Positions 1 through 8,547 of a DNA stretch of 64,000 nucleotides are shown one piece after another. The notes below the pieces were generated by a model, which ran no database searches, was not told where the DNA came from, and was given only the letters and a program-made list of their open reading frames with translations. The stretch is from a virus: IMG/VR virus record IMGVR_UViG_3300007760_001422, positions 32,001 through 96,000 of that record; one strand, written 5' to 3'. The stretch's first letter is position 1. Each line of letters begins with the position of its first letter. A program made the translations under genes and the position numbers.

Positions 1-1398
1 GGTTCCTTTGATAACAACACCGGCTGAACCAACTTCCATGTCAATTTGGCCATCTGCTTCAAGTTTCAAAACACCGTCCGAAGACTGTGCGATGAAGGTA
101 TCGGCATCACCGAATTGCAACTCTCTGCTGCTGTTAAGCAGAATACCGTCATTGTGAACGTGAGTCAGCGTAACGTCGCCGTCATCACCCAAGGAAATGA
201 CACAGCTGTCAGAGTCCATGAGAAGATCGTCACCAACTTTAATGTCACCATCAGACGAATAGATCACTGCTTTGCTGTTAACAACAGTACCGGCCGAACA
301 TCCGTCCACCAAGTTTAACTCTTCTGGAGTAGAAGTAACTGAAGTGGTGCTTGCCGCGGCAAGAACTGGTATGTAATACGTACCGGCTGCCATGGCAGGC
401 AAGTTTAATGTCGCATCTGCAGTTGGATCAATGATACCTAAAGTGGTTTCGTGAGAGTTGGCCGAAGACCCTTCAAACACGAAAGCATTTGTTACATCGA
501 TATAAGTTTGATTAACAGACGTTGTGGTACCATTAACAGTCAAGTCTCCTGTAACCGTCAAGTTGTCGTTAACTGTCGTCTCGGAGGTCGTGTGACCAAT
601 CGAAACTGCAATACCGGAAGTTTCGGTTGCAATCTTTAATGCACCAACGGCGTTGGTGATATACGAATTTGTACCATCATGGTAAAGTTGTAAATCGTCG
701 CCAGTACCTAATTTGATATTAGCGCTATCCGGCATGTCTACGTGAGTAGCAGGTGAAAGCACACCCGCAACGTCAACAGTGCTGGAAAAGTCTGCAGTAC
801 CATTGAAATCAAGTGCCGTAGCGGTGAAATCAATTTCATCCGTTGCACCAAGTGCCAAAATAGCATTGCTTGATCCGTGGATAAACTGTGACGCGTCGTT
901 GAATTCAATCTTTTTGGTACCAGCCATCAATAAAGAATCTGCTGATCCATCAATTCTGAAGATCTCTGTTCCGCCTGCATCTTCGAAGACGGCATCTCCA
1001 GCCGTAGTGGCCAAGTCAATTTTAAGACCTGTTGTTCCACCATCTTTGAAAGTGAAATCTCCGCCGTCTGCGTCAAGATTTATGTTACTTGCCACATCGA
1101 GCGTCAAGTCACCGGCGCCGACTGTCATCGAGCACGCGGCGACTGAATTAAATTCTGAAGCCACCAGAGCAGATGCAGATAACGCCGAAGCGCTCACGTG
1201 CAAAGTTGTCACTGGTGTGGAGTGGTTACCCTCTGGACCGATGAACAAAGTCCTTCGATCCGCTTCGTTGCCGGCTCCGGAAGAGCCGCGAGAACCCGAT
1301 ATGTACATCGCACCCAGATTTGAACTAATCGTACCGCTGGTCGACAATTCAAGATCCAGATATGAACCATATGCGGTTGCTGAAATATTACTAGCCAT
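1..1398 (-). CDS. Tail fibre protein (3' end runs off the window; absent from the ORF track)
   Basis: Read by hand: ATG at 1398 after a GGGGGG SD-like run, open to base 1 (MASNISATAYGSYLDLELSTSG...DLTLDVASNINLDADGGDFTFKDGG...IKLGTGDDLQLYHDGTNSYI...NDNLTVTGDLTVNGTTT...). These are beta-strand repeats typical of phage fibres. Confidence 0.85.
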   Translation of the reverse strand, partial: MASNISATAYGSYLDLELSTSGTISSNLGAMYISGSRGSSGAGNEADRRTLFIGPEGNHSTPVTTLHVSASALSASALVASEFNSVAACSMTVGAGDLTLDVASNINLDADGGDFTFKDGGTTGLKIDLATTAGDAVFEDAGGTEIFRIDGSADSLLMAGTKKIEFNDASQFIHGSSNAILALGATDEIDFTATALDFNGTADFSSTVDVAGVLSPATHVDMPDSANIKLGTGDDLQLYHDGTNSYITNAVGALKIATETSGIAVSIGHTTSETTVNDNLTVTGDLTVNGTTTSVNQTYIDVTNAFVFEGSSANSHETTLGIIDPTADATLNLPAMAAGTYYIPVLAAASTTSVTSTPEELNLVDGCSAGTVVNSKAVIYSSDGDIKVGDDLLMDSDSCVISLGDDGDVTLTHVHNDGILLNSSRELQFGDADTFIAQSSDGVLKLEADGQIDMEVGSAGVVIKGT

Positions 1399-1476
1399 TA
1401 TATTTTCCCCCCTTTGGAAATATGTTTAATGTAAACACCTCCAGTATATTTAAAACACACCGGTGGCGTTGTATCT

Positions 1477-1484
1477 TAAATAGG
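1477..1484 (-). promoter_or_regulatory. Candidate late promoter motif CCTATTTA
   Basis: Instance of the N(C/A)TANTTA motif that recurs before structural genes; intergenic, 78 nt upstream of the fibre ATG. Confidence 0.45.
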
Positions 1485-1556
1485 GCCCGCATGCAGCGTT
1501 TAGAAGTGAAAAAAAATATTATTTTTAAAAGATGTGTAATGTGAAAAAGATGCGAA

Positions 1557-2723
1557 TCACGATCCGTCTTTTGTCGATCTGCGATCCGATTTAAGTTTGT
1601 TTTCTAGTGAAGATATTTTCTTTTGTTGTTCCTTAACCGCCTCAACCAATATTGGTACTAATCTGGTATAGTCCATACTATAGGCATCGACCCCTTCCGT
1701 TTCCCAGTCAACTATGTCCGGGAGTATTGTACCAACCTCTTCCGCAATGAAACCCAAATCTTCTTTGGTGGAGTTTTTCCACTTGTATGTTACGCCCCTT
1801 AATTTCATAATTGTGTCTATCGGCTCTTCAATGGTCTTAATATCCTCCTTGTAGCGTTTCGACGAATAAGATACAAATGCATTAGCTTTGATGCGACCTG
1901 CAGCGCCGGCGGTATTGGGCAACGTTAATCTGTGAGTTGCACTGTCTGCAGCGACACCCATACCAACATAGCCTGTACTATCATTATAAACCACACTAGA
2001 GGCGGCTCCGAATGCATTTCCGCCATTATTATACTGAAATTGAGTGTCGGCGCCGGCTGGGCGGCCTTCTGTAAGGTCGGTTTCGGCTAGCTCGTTAGAT
2101 CTCCAATAAACCTTGCCATTAGTTTTAGCATATAAATAACCACCAGCACCATCGGACGGCGCGGATGGGGTGGAAGATTCAGCCGAAATGTGCACCAGTC
2201 CCGCAATTGTGGCGGCATTACCATAAATATTACTACCAGATACCACAGAGCCTGTAATTGCACCCAATGCCGATATATTTAGCGTTGTTACTGTATTGTT
2301 AACATATAACGGTTTGTTGAGTTCCATCCTAGAATTGGCATGAGACCACAAGAAAGACGCATCAGTGCCGTCTATTTTAAAGCCGGCCCCGTTCGCAGCA
2401 GAAGAGTCTGCGGCTCCGGAAGCGACTAGTATTGTTGCATCTTGTATAAAAAGTTCTGTTCTTGTATATGCGTCGATGTTCCCAACCACTGTTAGGTTGC
2501 CATTTATTTTAACATCATCGGCCAAGGAAAAGTTAATATCCCCAGAGCCGGAATTAACAGTTATATTTGAATCCCCATTAATTCTAGCGGGTGAGTATAG
2601 CTTGGTGCTGGAGTCATATAAGAGGAACTCACCAGTGACGGGTGGTGATATGTCCACATCGGCAAAGAGAGACAGCGGTTGATCTTGTATTTGTGATGTG
2701 ACAGATTTAGAAAAGCTACCCAT
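1557..2723 (-). CDS. Tail fibre with C-terminal intramolecular chaperone (peptidase S74) domain
   Basis: INGNLTVVG and AGADTQFQYNNGG fibre motifs; C-terminal SSKRYKEDIKTI...LRGVTYKWK...GFIAEEV...MDYTRLVPILVEAVKEQQKKI is the S74 signature. Confidence 0.9.
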   Translation of the reverse strand: MGSFSKSVTSQIQDQPLSLFADVDISPPVTGEFLLYDSSTKLYSPARINGDSNITVNSGSGDINFSLADDVKINGNLTVVGNIDAYTRTELFIQDATILVASGAADSSAANGAGFKIDGTDASFLWSHANSRMELNKPLYVNNTVTTLNISALGAITGSVVSGSNIYGNAATIAGLVHISAESSTPSAPSDGAGGYLYAKTNGKVYWRSNELAETDLTEGRPAGADTQFQYNNGGNAFGAASSVVYNDSTGYVGMGVAADSATHRLTLPNTAGAAGRIKANAFVSYSSKRYKEDIKTIEEPIDTIMKLRGVTYKWKNSTKEDLGFIAEEVGTILPDIVDWETEGVDAYSMDYTRLVPILVEAVKEQQKKISSLENKLKSDRRSTKDGS

Positions 2724-2728
2724 GCTAA

Positions 2729-2736
2729 TAAATATT
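2729..2736 (-). promoter_or_regulatory. Candidate late promoter motif AATATTTA
   Basis: Intergenic, 5 nt before the ATG at 2723, with no SD between motif and start. Confidence 0.45.
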
Positions 2737-2752
2737 TGGGCGGGCGCTTAAG

Positions 2753-2950
2753 CTACTTTTTTTTTATTTTTTTTCGGCGTTCAGCTTCTTTTCTTCTTTT
2801 GGTGGAAGGCTTTTCATAATACATTTTTTCGCGATAGCGGTCAAGAATTTCTTGTTTTTTAACTTTTTTGATAAAGCGGCGCACCATCTTTTCTAGGGGC
2901 TCATCGGGATATTTAGGTTTAACTTCAACGTTAATTGTGCGCTTAGCCAT
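2753..2950 (-). CDS. rpsU: Phage-encoded ribosomal protein bS21
   Basis: MAKRTINVEVKP...EPLEKMVRRFIKKVKKQEILDRYREKMYYEKPSTKRRK matches the bS21 pattern (E.le.alrrFkk....g.l...r.r..yeKPs.kRk). Start reassigned to the ATG at 2950. Confidence 0.88.
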   Translation of the reverse strand: MAKRTINVEVKPKYPDEPLEKMVRRFIKKVKKQEILDRYREKMYYEKPSTKRRKEAERRKKIKKK

Positions 2951-2951
2951 T

Positions 2952-3389
2952 CTATTTAACCAACGCCTTCCATGAGCCAGCAGCAACATTCATTATTCCC
3001 GATATGTCAACGCCAGAATCGTTTGGATCCATATTAGATAAAGCGCTGTGTGGCTGGCTATTGCCCTTCTCGCTTCCGCCGGTGGCCAATGGCTTGGTAC
3101 CCTCAAACAAGTTAACGCCACCATACGCATCGGCGTTAATGGCATCGTTCAGTCTTTTTCTTTGCAAATCTAAAGCTTCCTTGTATTGGCTCTCTTTGAT
3201 TCTCATTTGCTGCTCTGTAATTTGTTCTGTCTGGGGGGATGTTTCTTTTGAATTGACAAGACTAGAGGCGTTAACTCCCTGCATAACTTCGGAAATGACA
3301 CTAGACAAGATTCCCTCCTCTATAAGAGACTCTAAAATACACTCCTTAACAATTGGCTTAATAATTCTTTTAAGATCTGATTTCTTCAT
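2952..3389 (-). CDS. Hypothetical protein, probably head/core-associated
   Basis: 145 aa; N-terminus MKKSDLKRIIKPIVKECILE resembles that of the neighbouring gene; in the head module. Confidence 0.7.
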   Translation of the reverse strand: MKKSDLKRIIKPIVKECILESLIEEGILSSVISEVMQGVNASSLVNSKETSPQTEQITEQQMRIKESQYKEALDLQRKRLNDAINADAYGGVNLFEGTKPLATGGSEKGNSQPHSALSNMDPNDSGVDISGIMNVAAGSWKALVK

Positions 3390-3401
3390 TTATACCTTCT
3401 G

Positions 3402-4082
3402 TTACTCTTCGTAATAACTCTTCTTTTTCGACGGGAGATCAAATCCATGTTGTCTATAGCATGATTCTTCATAAGGTGCAAATTCCCGTACACTTGGGGG
3501 ACCGTGTTGGCTAGTTGTAAGTTCTTCGCGCTTCTTCTCCAGACACCGATTTAGCGCTTCCCTCCTCTCTTCTTTTGACAATCCTCTGCTGCCGCGTCTT
3601 TTTTCAAACTCTTTTTCTTCTTTTTCGCGGTCCCATTGTCTCAACTGTTCGTTGTCCCTGATTTTATCCGCACGGTCTTTCGAAACCCTCTTCTCGGCGT
3701 GACCCTGCACTTGGATAATCAATGCTGTTATATCTTTGATTTTTTGTCTTGCCTTCTCTTTGTCGCTTGAGTCGCCAAGGTTTTTGGCATTTACTCCAAA
3801 TGCTCGTTCGGCTTGGCGTCTTATTCCTTCAAGTTCGTCAAGGAGGGCTTCAAATTGACTGGCTTTGGTGCGCGGTCCTCCTCTTTTGAGTTTTTTAAAT
3901 TTATTTTCCAAGTCCTCTAGCTCAAAGTCGATTCTTATAAACATCCCCGCAGCATCTCTTGATTTAAACCCTAGCATCTTTTTAAGAAAATTCATGTCTT
4001 TGACGCTACCCACTTGCTCGGTCATGACTGCTTCAATTTCTTCTTTGATAATTTGTTTTAGTTTTGATTTAGCAATATTCAT
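3402..4082 (-). CDS. Highly charged hypothetical protein, candidate internal head protein
   Basis: 226 aa, K/E/R-rich, N-terminal MNIAKSKLKQIIKEEIEAVMTE; directly downstream of the prohead protease. Confidence 0.65.
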   Translation of the reverse strand: MNIAKSKLKQIIKEEIEAVMTEQVGSVKDMNFLKKMLGFKSRDAAGMFIRIDFELEDLENKFKKLKRGGPRTKASQFEALLDELEGIRRQAERAFGVNAKNLGDSSDKEKARQKIKDITALIIQVQGHAEKRVSKDRADKIRDNEQLRQWDREKEEKEFEKRRGSRGLSKEERREALNRCLEKKREELTTSQHGPPSVREFAPYEESCYRQHGFDLPSKKKSYYEE

Positions 4083-4083
4083 T

Positions 4084-4692
4084 CTATTTTTTCCTTAAAA
4101 CTTCATTCAATGCTCTGTTGATTCTGTCGCCTTTTGTAAAAATCTTGCTAAGGTTTTTCTCCATACCCTCGGTCATCATATACGCGCCGGGGGTTGATGG
4201 TTCCGAAACAAAATCAAAACAAATTAACTGAAAGTCGTCTTCAACGATTGTTTTTCCTTGGGATTCTCTGACAGAGCCTAGGCCTCTGGAAGAAATACCT
4301 AGCTTTACTCCGGACTCAACGAGCGATTTAAGCACTTGGCCGGCCGGAGTGTTCAAAACTTGCACCTTGCCCATAACATCGCCGCCGTTCCACCAAACAT
4401 CAGTAACAAGGTGTGATGCATTTTTAAGATTTATAACGGAGTCTTCAGGGTGGTCTAGTTCGCCCAGTGCGCGGCGCTCTTGTACAAGCTTGCCATAATT
4501 TTCTACCTCTCTCTCTAATATTTTTCTGGGGTAGACGCGACCGTTGCCGTTCAATTCATCGCACTTCTGCATTATTCCAGATAAAATTAGTGTGCCCTCT
4601 CTTACTAGGCGCTTTTCGTCTTCTGTGAGGAGATCTTGGCAGACACCACCTTCACAAAGCTCATAATATTCTCTCAAAAGAAGTTTAGACAT
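4084..4692 (-). CDS. Prohead core protease (T4 gp21-like)
   Basis: NGNGRVYP, ALGELDHP (catalytic His), SHLVT, TPAGQVL, LGISSRGLGS (catalytic Ser) and DFVSEPSTPGA motifs. Confidence 0.95.
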   Translation of the reverse strand: MSKLLLREYYELCEGGVCQDLLTEDEKRLVREGTLILSGIMQKCDELNGNGRVYPRKILEREVENYGKLVQERRALGELDHPEDSVINLKNASHLVTDVWWNGGDVMGKVQVLNTPAGQVLKSLVESGVKLGISSRGLGSVRESQGKTIVEDDFQLICFDFVSEPSTPGAYMMTEGMEKNLSKIFTKGDRINRALNEVLRKK

Positions 4693-4737
4693 TATCAGTA
4701 AACCTTTTCCTCATAGCGGCTTCCGCCTTAATTCTAG

Positions 4738-4760
4738 ATGCGGGCGCTACCCGCGCGCAT
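4738..4760 (-). other. GC-rich stem-loop (GCGGG-TAGCG-CCCGC) upstream of the protease gene
   Basis: Inverted repeat 4740-4744/4750-4754; a second small hairpin GCGG-AAG-CCGC lies at 4716-4726. No U-tract follows. Confidence 0.5.
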
Positions 4761-4816
4761 TAAGAGCCCTTGCAACAACGTCGAACAGGCTGTAGTTTCC
4801 ACTTTTTATTTATCAT
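4760..4816 (-). CDS. Small 18-aa Cys-Cys peptide MINKKWKLQPVRRCCKGS
   Basis: GGAG SD 6 nt before the ATG at 4816; overlaps the end of the upstream gene like other coupled genes here; TAA at 4760-4762. Confidence 0.5.
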   Translation of the reverse strand: MINKKWKLQPVRRCCKGS

Positions 4817-5189
4817 CCCAATCTCCAAAATCTTCTAAGTCCTCGTCGTGTAGCGCACTGTTGCCATGCATTCCGCCGGAATTGAAGGGATCTTCCTTCT
4901 CTGCGAAAAGCACATTCAACATATACGAAGTGCCCGAACTCAAGCATCCTAAAATAAGTAAATTCGCCCAAGTATATTCAAAATTAAATAGTTCTGTAAA
5001 TTTGTTTATACCAAATAAAAACACGCCAACCCAAAAACCCATACACATTGAACAATTGAAAAGCTGTCCAAAGCCCTTCAGCCAACTGGCGTCGGGGCGA
5101 ATTGCATCGAATATTGAACCGTAAACAATGATTTGTGTAAGACCGTGGGCTGCGAGAATAAAATATATTAGTTCTAATGTTAGCTCCAT
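4806..5189 (-). CDS. Small membrane protein with CxxC (DUF1360-like)
   Basis: About three hydrophobic segments; LFNCSMCMGFWVG resembles the DUF1360 L..CpwC.gvW motif; GAGGAG SD. Confidence 0.7.
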   Translation of the reverse strand: MELTLELIYFILAAHGLTQIIVYGSIFDAIRPDASWLKGFGQLFNCSMCMGFWVGVFLFGINKFTELFNFEYTWANLLILGCLSSGTSYMLNVLFAEKEDPFNSGGMHGNSALHDEDLEDFGDWDDK

Positions 5190-5199
5190 AACTCCTCTT

Positions 5200-5763
5200 T
5201 TATGCTCTATACATACCAGTCATTCCATATGCAGCCGTAGAACCGGGCCACCTATGTATTGTGCCTTTTCTTTTTTGATGTGGCACTTCACCAAGTTCAG
5301 TTGAATCCTTCTCATCGGGATACAACATGTCTTTTTCTAACTCTTCTTCATACTCTTGATCACGCCTATAATATGGTAACTCTTCTTTGATGAATTTATC
5401 TACAGTAAACACAACAGCCTGCACAGAATCCACTTCATCGCTTTCTAGAAATGCCGCTTCCATTGAACTATACACGCTGCCGCCCTGTATTGACGACGGA
5501 TCGGTTACACCTTTTTTTACCAAAAAGTCAAATAATCTGCTTTGGGCGGAATAAACATGATCCCCCATTTCATCTTTTGGAAAAGCTATTATTTTTTTAT
5601 TTTCTGGGGATATAACAATATCAATCTCGGGATGGCTAAATAAAACAAGATTGCCATCCAAAGTCTTTCTTATATTAATGCTGGACTTGTGTTGAATCGG
5701 CTTTTTTTCGGCTTCTTGTTCGGGGGCAGCTGCTGCTGATCCTATTTTTACCTGAATGGCCAT
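5200..5763 (-). CDS. Hypothetical protein (head module)
   Basis: 187-aa ORF, start overlaps the upstream stop; no recognisable motif. Confidence 0.75.
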   Translation of the reverse strand: MAIQVKIGSAAAAPEQEAEKKPIQHKSSINIRKTLDGNLVLFSHPEIDIVISPENKKIIAFPKDEMGDHVYSAQSRLFDFLVKKGVTDPSSIQGGSVYSSMEAAFLESDEVDSVQAVVFTVDKFIKEELPYYRRDQEYEEELEKDMLYPDEKDSTELGEVPHQKRKGTIHRWPGSTAAYGMTGMYRA

Positions 5764-6587
5764 TATGCTTGAATCTCTCTAATCAAGTTTTGCACTTTAA
5801 GCACTTGTTCGACCATGCTCTTATCAATAGCGCGATCTTTAAATTGCTCAATTAACTCAAACACCTCTTTTGTTTTATCAAGCATGCCACGATCTTCATT
5901 AATTTCTTCACTATTTTTCATAGCAACCCCTAAAGCATCTTTTAATCTTTTTACTTCTTCATTCAAAAACATTTTCAACCCTATTCCATTATCTGAAAAC
6001 GAGGAAATGTAATTATTCATTAATGTTTTTTGTTCTTCGTGCAGCTTGTCTCCGTATTCTTCATTGAACTTTTTGACAAAAGTTTTATAAACTAAATTAT
6101 CAATAGGGGGCATATTACCATTTTCTTCGTTTTCCTGCACCGTCATGTTTTTCATAAGGGATTCTTCTAGAAGCACCTTGCTTTTAATCGGGGTTTTATC
6201 GCTAAAAACTTGCGATATTGTGGCAAGACTTTTAAAGTTTGGAACAAAGTTTGAATAAACATCCTTTGATAAATTTTGATTTATGTCCGATATAAGACTA
6301 CTTTGCTGTTTAAACAGCGTATCTTGATCAAGAGAAAAATATACTCTCTTGGTTTCCTGTATAAGCTTTTCTGCAACATATGGCTGCATGTTTTTGCTTT
6401 CTAGAATTGCCTTATATAATTCAAGCTCCTTCAACAAGAGAGAATTTTTATTAAAATGTTTTTTTATTATCGATGTGGCCAATCCTTTTCTTTTTGTATT
6501 TTGCTCTACAACGGATCTAGTCACCTCTCTTATTAAGGCTTCAAATAAAAAAGCAGTATTTCGTCGCTTATTGTGCTTTAGCTTCAT
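5763..6587 (-). CDS. Hypothetical helical protein downstream of portal
   Basis: 274-aa ORF MKLKHNKRRNTAFLFEAL..., overlapping the portal 3' end. Confidence 0.78.
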   Translation of the reverse strand: MKLKHNKRRNTAFLFEALIREVTRSVVEQNTKRKGLATSIIKKHFNKNSLLLKELELYKAILESKNMQPYVAEKLIQETKRVYFSLDQDTLFKQQSSLISDINQNLSKDVYSNFVPNFKSLATISQVFSDKTPIKSKVLLEESLMKNMTVQENEENGNMPPIDNLVYKTFVKKFNEEYGDKLHEEQKTLMNNYISSFSDNGIGLKMFLNEEVKRLKDALGVAMKNSEEINEDRGMLDKTKEVFELIEQFKDRAIDKSMVEQVLKVQNLIREIQA

Positions 6588-8544
6588 CTTTTGACTCCAA
6601 TTCTTTTATTAGTTTTTTGATATCTTGATTCATATCAAAAATCTTTTGTTCTTCCTTATTATAACTAGTTTCTTTTCCCTCATAAATTCCTTTTCCCAGT
6701 CCCAGCAGTTCTTGGGCGCCCTTGAATACATTCCTGTCGGTCGCTTTTGAAGTTTCATCAGACCATTTTGATTTCATACTTCTTTTACGAGCGCCCATAT
6801 CTCTTTTATCGTTTTTTGTTGGCTTATAATATTTTCTTGAGGTCTTTGTCTTAACGGCACCATCTTTTCTGACCTTCACCCATTGCTCCTCATCTCTTTT
6901 TCCGGGCGCTGCCAAGAGCGGACTCTCTTCGCCGGGTGGTGCCTCGGCGGCCGGCTCTTCTGCGGCCATGTCTTCACCGCCTTCGGCGCCCATTTCTTCG
7001 TCACCGAAACCTTCGTCGCCCAGATCATCACCCAGCCCTTCTTCTGCGCCGGGCATGCCTCCTCCGGGGAGGGCCGCTGCAGCCTCTCCTGCAACCATTT
7101 CAGCCACCGACTCCAATGAAGCATCAAATTTTCTGTCATAAAACATTTCTCTTTGATTTCTTAAGAATTCTTCGTCTGAAATTCCCAACAGATTAGAAGA
7201 GATCCATCTCCGACTAAAATAACCCTCTGTTGCACCGGTGGCAATTTCAAATTTAGTTCTCCAGTGTTCTAGTTCTTGTAACTCTGCCAATTTCGAAGGA
7301 TTATTTAGCGTCAAGTTAAAAGACACAATGTCATCTCCTCTAAATCCCAAAGTATACAGGTGAACAATTCCAATTTTTTCCAGACTACTTAAGACTGATT
7401 TTTGAAGCCTCTGGATTGTTCTAGAAAACCTGATGTCTTTTTGTGCTAAAGTGGTCTTATCTTCGTCGGCGCCGTCGCCTTGCGCCAAATAAGACTGGGG
7501 TATTTTAATTGCGGAAAATAACTTTTCCCTAAGATATTTAACGTCATCGATATCGCCAGTGTAGGTTCCCCCGGGCAGATTTGTGATCTCTGTTCCCACG
7601 CCATTTCTTTGGGGGATAAAATAATCTTCATCAATGCTCATGGGGTTATAACGAAGATCGACGCGGCCAGTGTTCGGATCAACAACTTGATTGCGCTTCA
7701 TCGATGTGATAACCTTTTGCATATATTGCTCTACATCTTGCGGTGGTATGTTACCCACCTCAACTTTAAAAACTCTACGCTCCGGTGAGCGAACAATGCG
7801 ATAAGCCATCATGGCGTCTTCCAATAGCGTCAGCTGTCTCCATATTCTTCTCGCAGGCTCTAAAACTGATGTGCCATATGGCGCATACTTATCATTCCCT
7901 AGTATTCTAAAATGTGCCAGCTGCCAGTTTTCAAAGGTCACGCCTCCAGAGTTCCATTGATACTGAATGTAATTTGGGTTAGTTTTGTCTTCTCCCTCAA
8001 GGCGCTCTAGCTCGCCTGTCGGCAGGCCAATGACATTTTTAATTCCGCTGGATTCATCGATATCTAGATATAAGAAAAAGTCCCCATACTTACACATGGT
8101 TCTGCACCAGCCAAACAGGTTAAAATCAATATTTAAAATATCGTGATACAGGGAATCTAAAATTCCTTTTATCTCTTCGTTCGAACTGTTTATGTGAAGC
8201 ATCTTGTTCAAAAGGCTGGCCGTGGTTATTTCATCGGCATATATATCAAGGGCCGAGGCCAACTCGGGTGTATACTCCATTTGATCAAAATCTAAATATC
8301 TTTGCATTCTGTTTTGCTGCACCATGATATTGGCCTGTAGATTATCAAACGGATTATACCCAAGCCTTTGAAATTTTTGACCAGCAACATCCTTAAATTT
8401 ATTGGCATATTTATCATACGCCCTTCTTCTCAATTGTCTTGTGGTTTGAGAACGTCGATTGATTATCGGTCCCGAAAACAAGCGTGTAAGTCTTCTAAAC
8501 AGGGGCGCGCCATCGTTTTTTGGATTTGTTTTTCTATCAGCCAT
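6568..8544 (-). CDS. Portal protein (T4 gp20-like)
   Basis: ALDIYADE, YGDFFLYL, LLEDAMMAYRIVRSPERRVFKVEVGNIP, EDYFIPQR, LPGG...DIDDVKY, KIPQSYL and DIRFSRTIQRLQ motifs. Confidence 0.95.
   Translation of the reverse strand: MADRKTNPKNDGAPLFRRLTRLFSGPIINRRSQTTRQLRRRAYDKYANKFKDVAGQKFQRLGYNPFDNLQANIMVQQNRMQRYLDFDQMEYTPELASALDIYADEITTASLLNKMLHINSSNEEIKGILDSLYHDILNIDFNLFGWCRTMCKYGDFFLYLDIDESSGIKNVIGLPTGELERLEGEDKTNPNYIQYQWNSGGVTFENWQLAHFRILGNDKYAPYGTSVLEPARRIWRQLTLLEDAMMAYRIVRSPERRVFKVEVGNIPPQDVEQYMQKVITSMKRNQVVDPNTGRVDLRYNPMSIDEDYFIPQRNGVGTEITNLPGGTYTGDIDDVKYLREKLFSAIKIPQSYLAQGDGADEDKTTLAQKDIRFSRTIQRLQKSVLSSLEKIGIVHLYTLGFRGDDIVSFNLTLNNPSKLAELQELEHWRTKFEIATGATEGYFSRRWISSNLLGISDEEFLRNQREMFYDRKFDASLESVAEMVAGEAAAALPGGGMPGAEEGLGDDLGDEGFGDEEMGAEGGEDMAAEEPAAEAPPGEESPLLAAPGKRDEEQWVKVRKDGAVKTKTSRKYYKPTKNDKRDMGARKRSMKSKWSDETSKATDRNVFKGAQELLGLGKGIYEGKETSYNKEEQKIFDMNQDIKKLIKELESKDEAKAQ
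6662..6669 (-). promoter_or_regulatory. Candidate late promoter motif ACTAGTTA inside the portal 3' end
   Basis: Matches the recurring motif, 74 nt upstream of the ATG at 6587; intragenic, so weaker. Confidence 0.3.
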
Positions 8545-8547
8545 ATA

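Noticed and set aside
46-1429. Plus-strand ORFs 46..318, 451..639 and 779..1429 in the track
   Set aside because: They are antisense shadows of the minus-strand tail-fibre gene (1..1398), which the track missed because it runs off the window.
4686-4762. Stop read-through fusing the VRRCCKGS peptide to the protease
   Set aside because: The frame after the TAA runs CARVAPASRIKAEAAMRKRFTDNV-stop, out of frame with the protease ATG.
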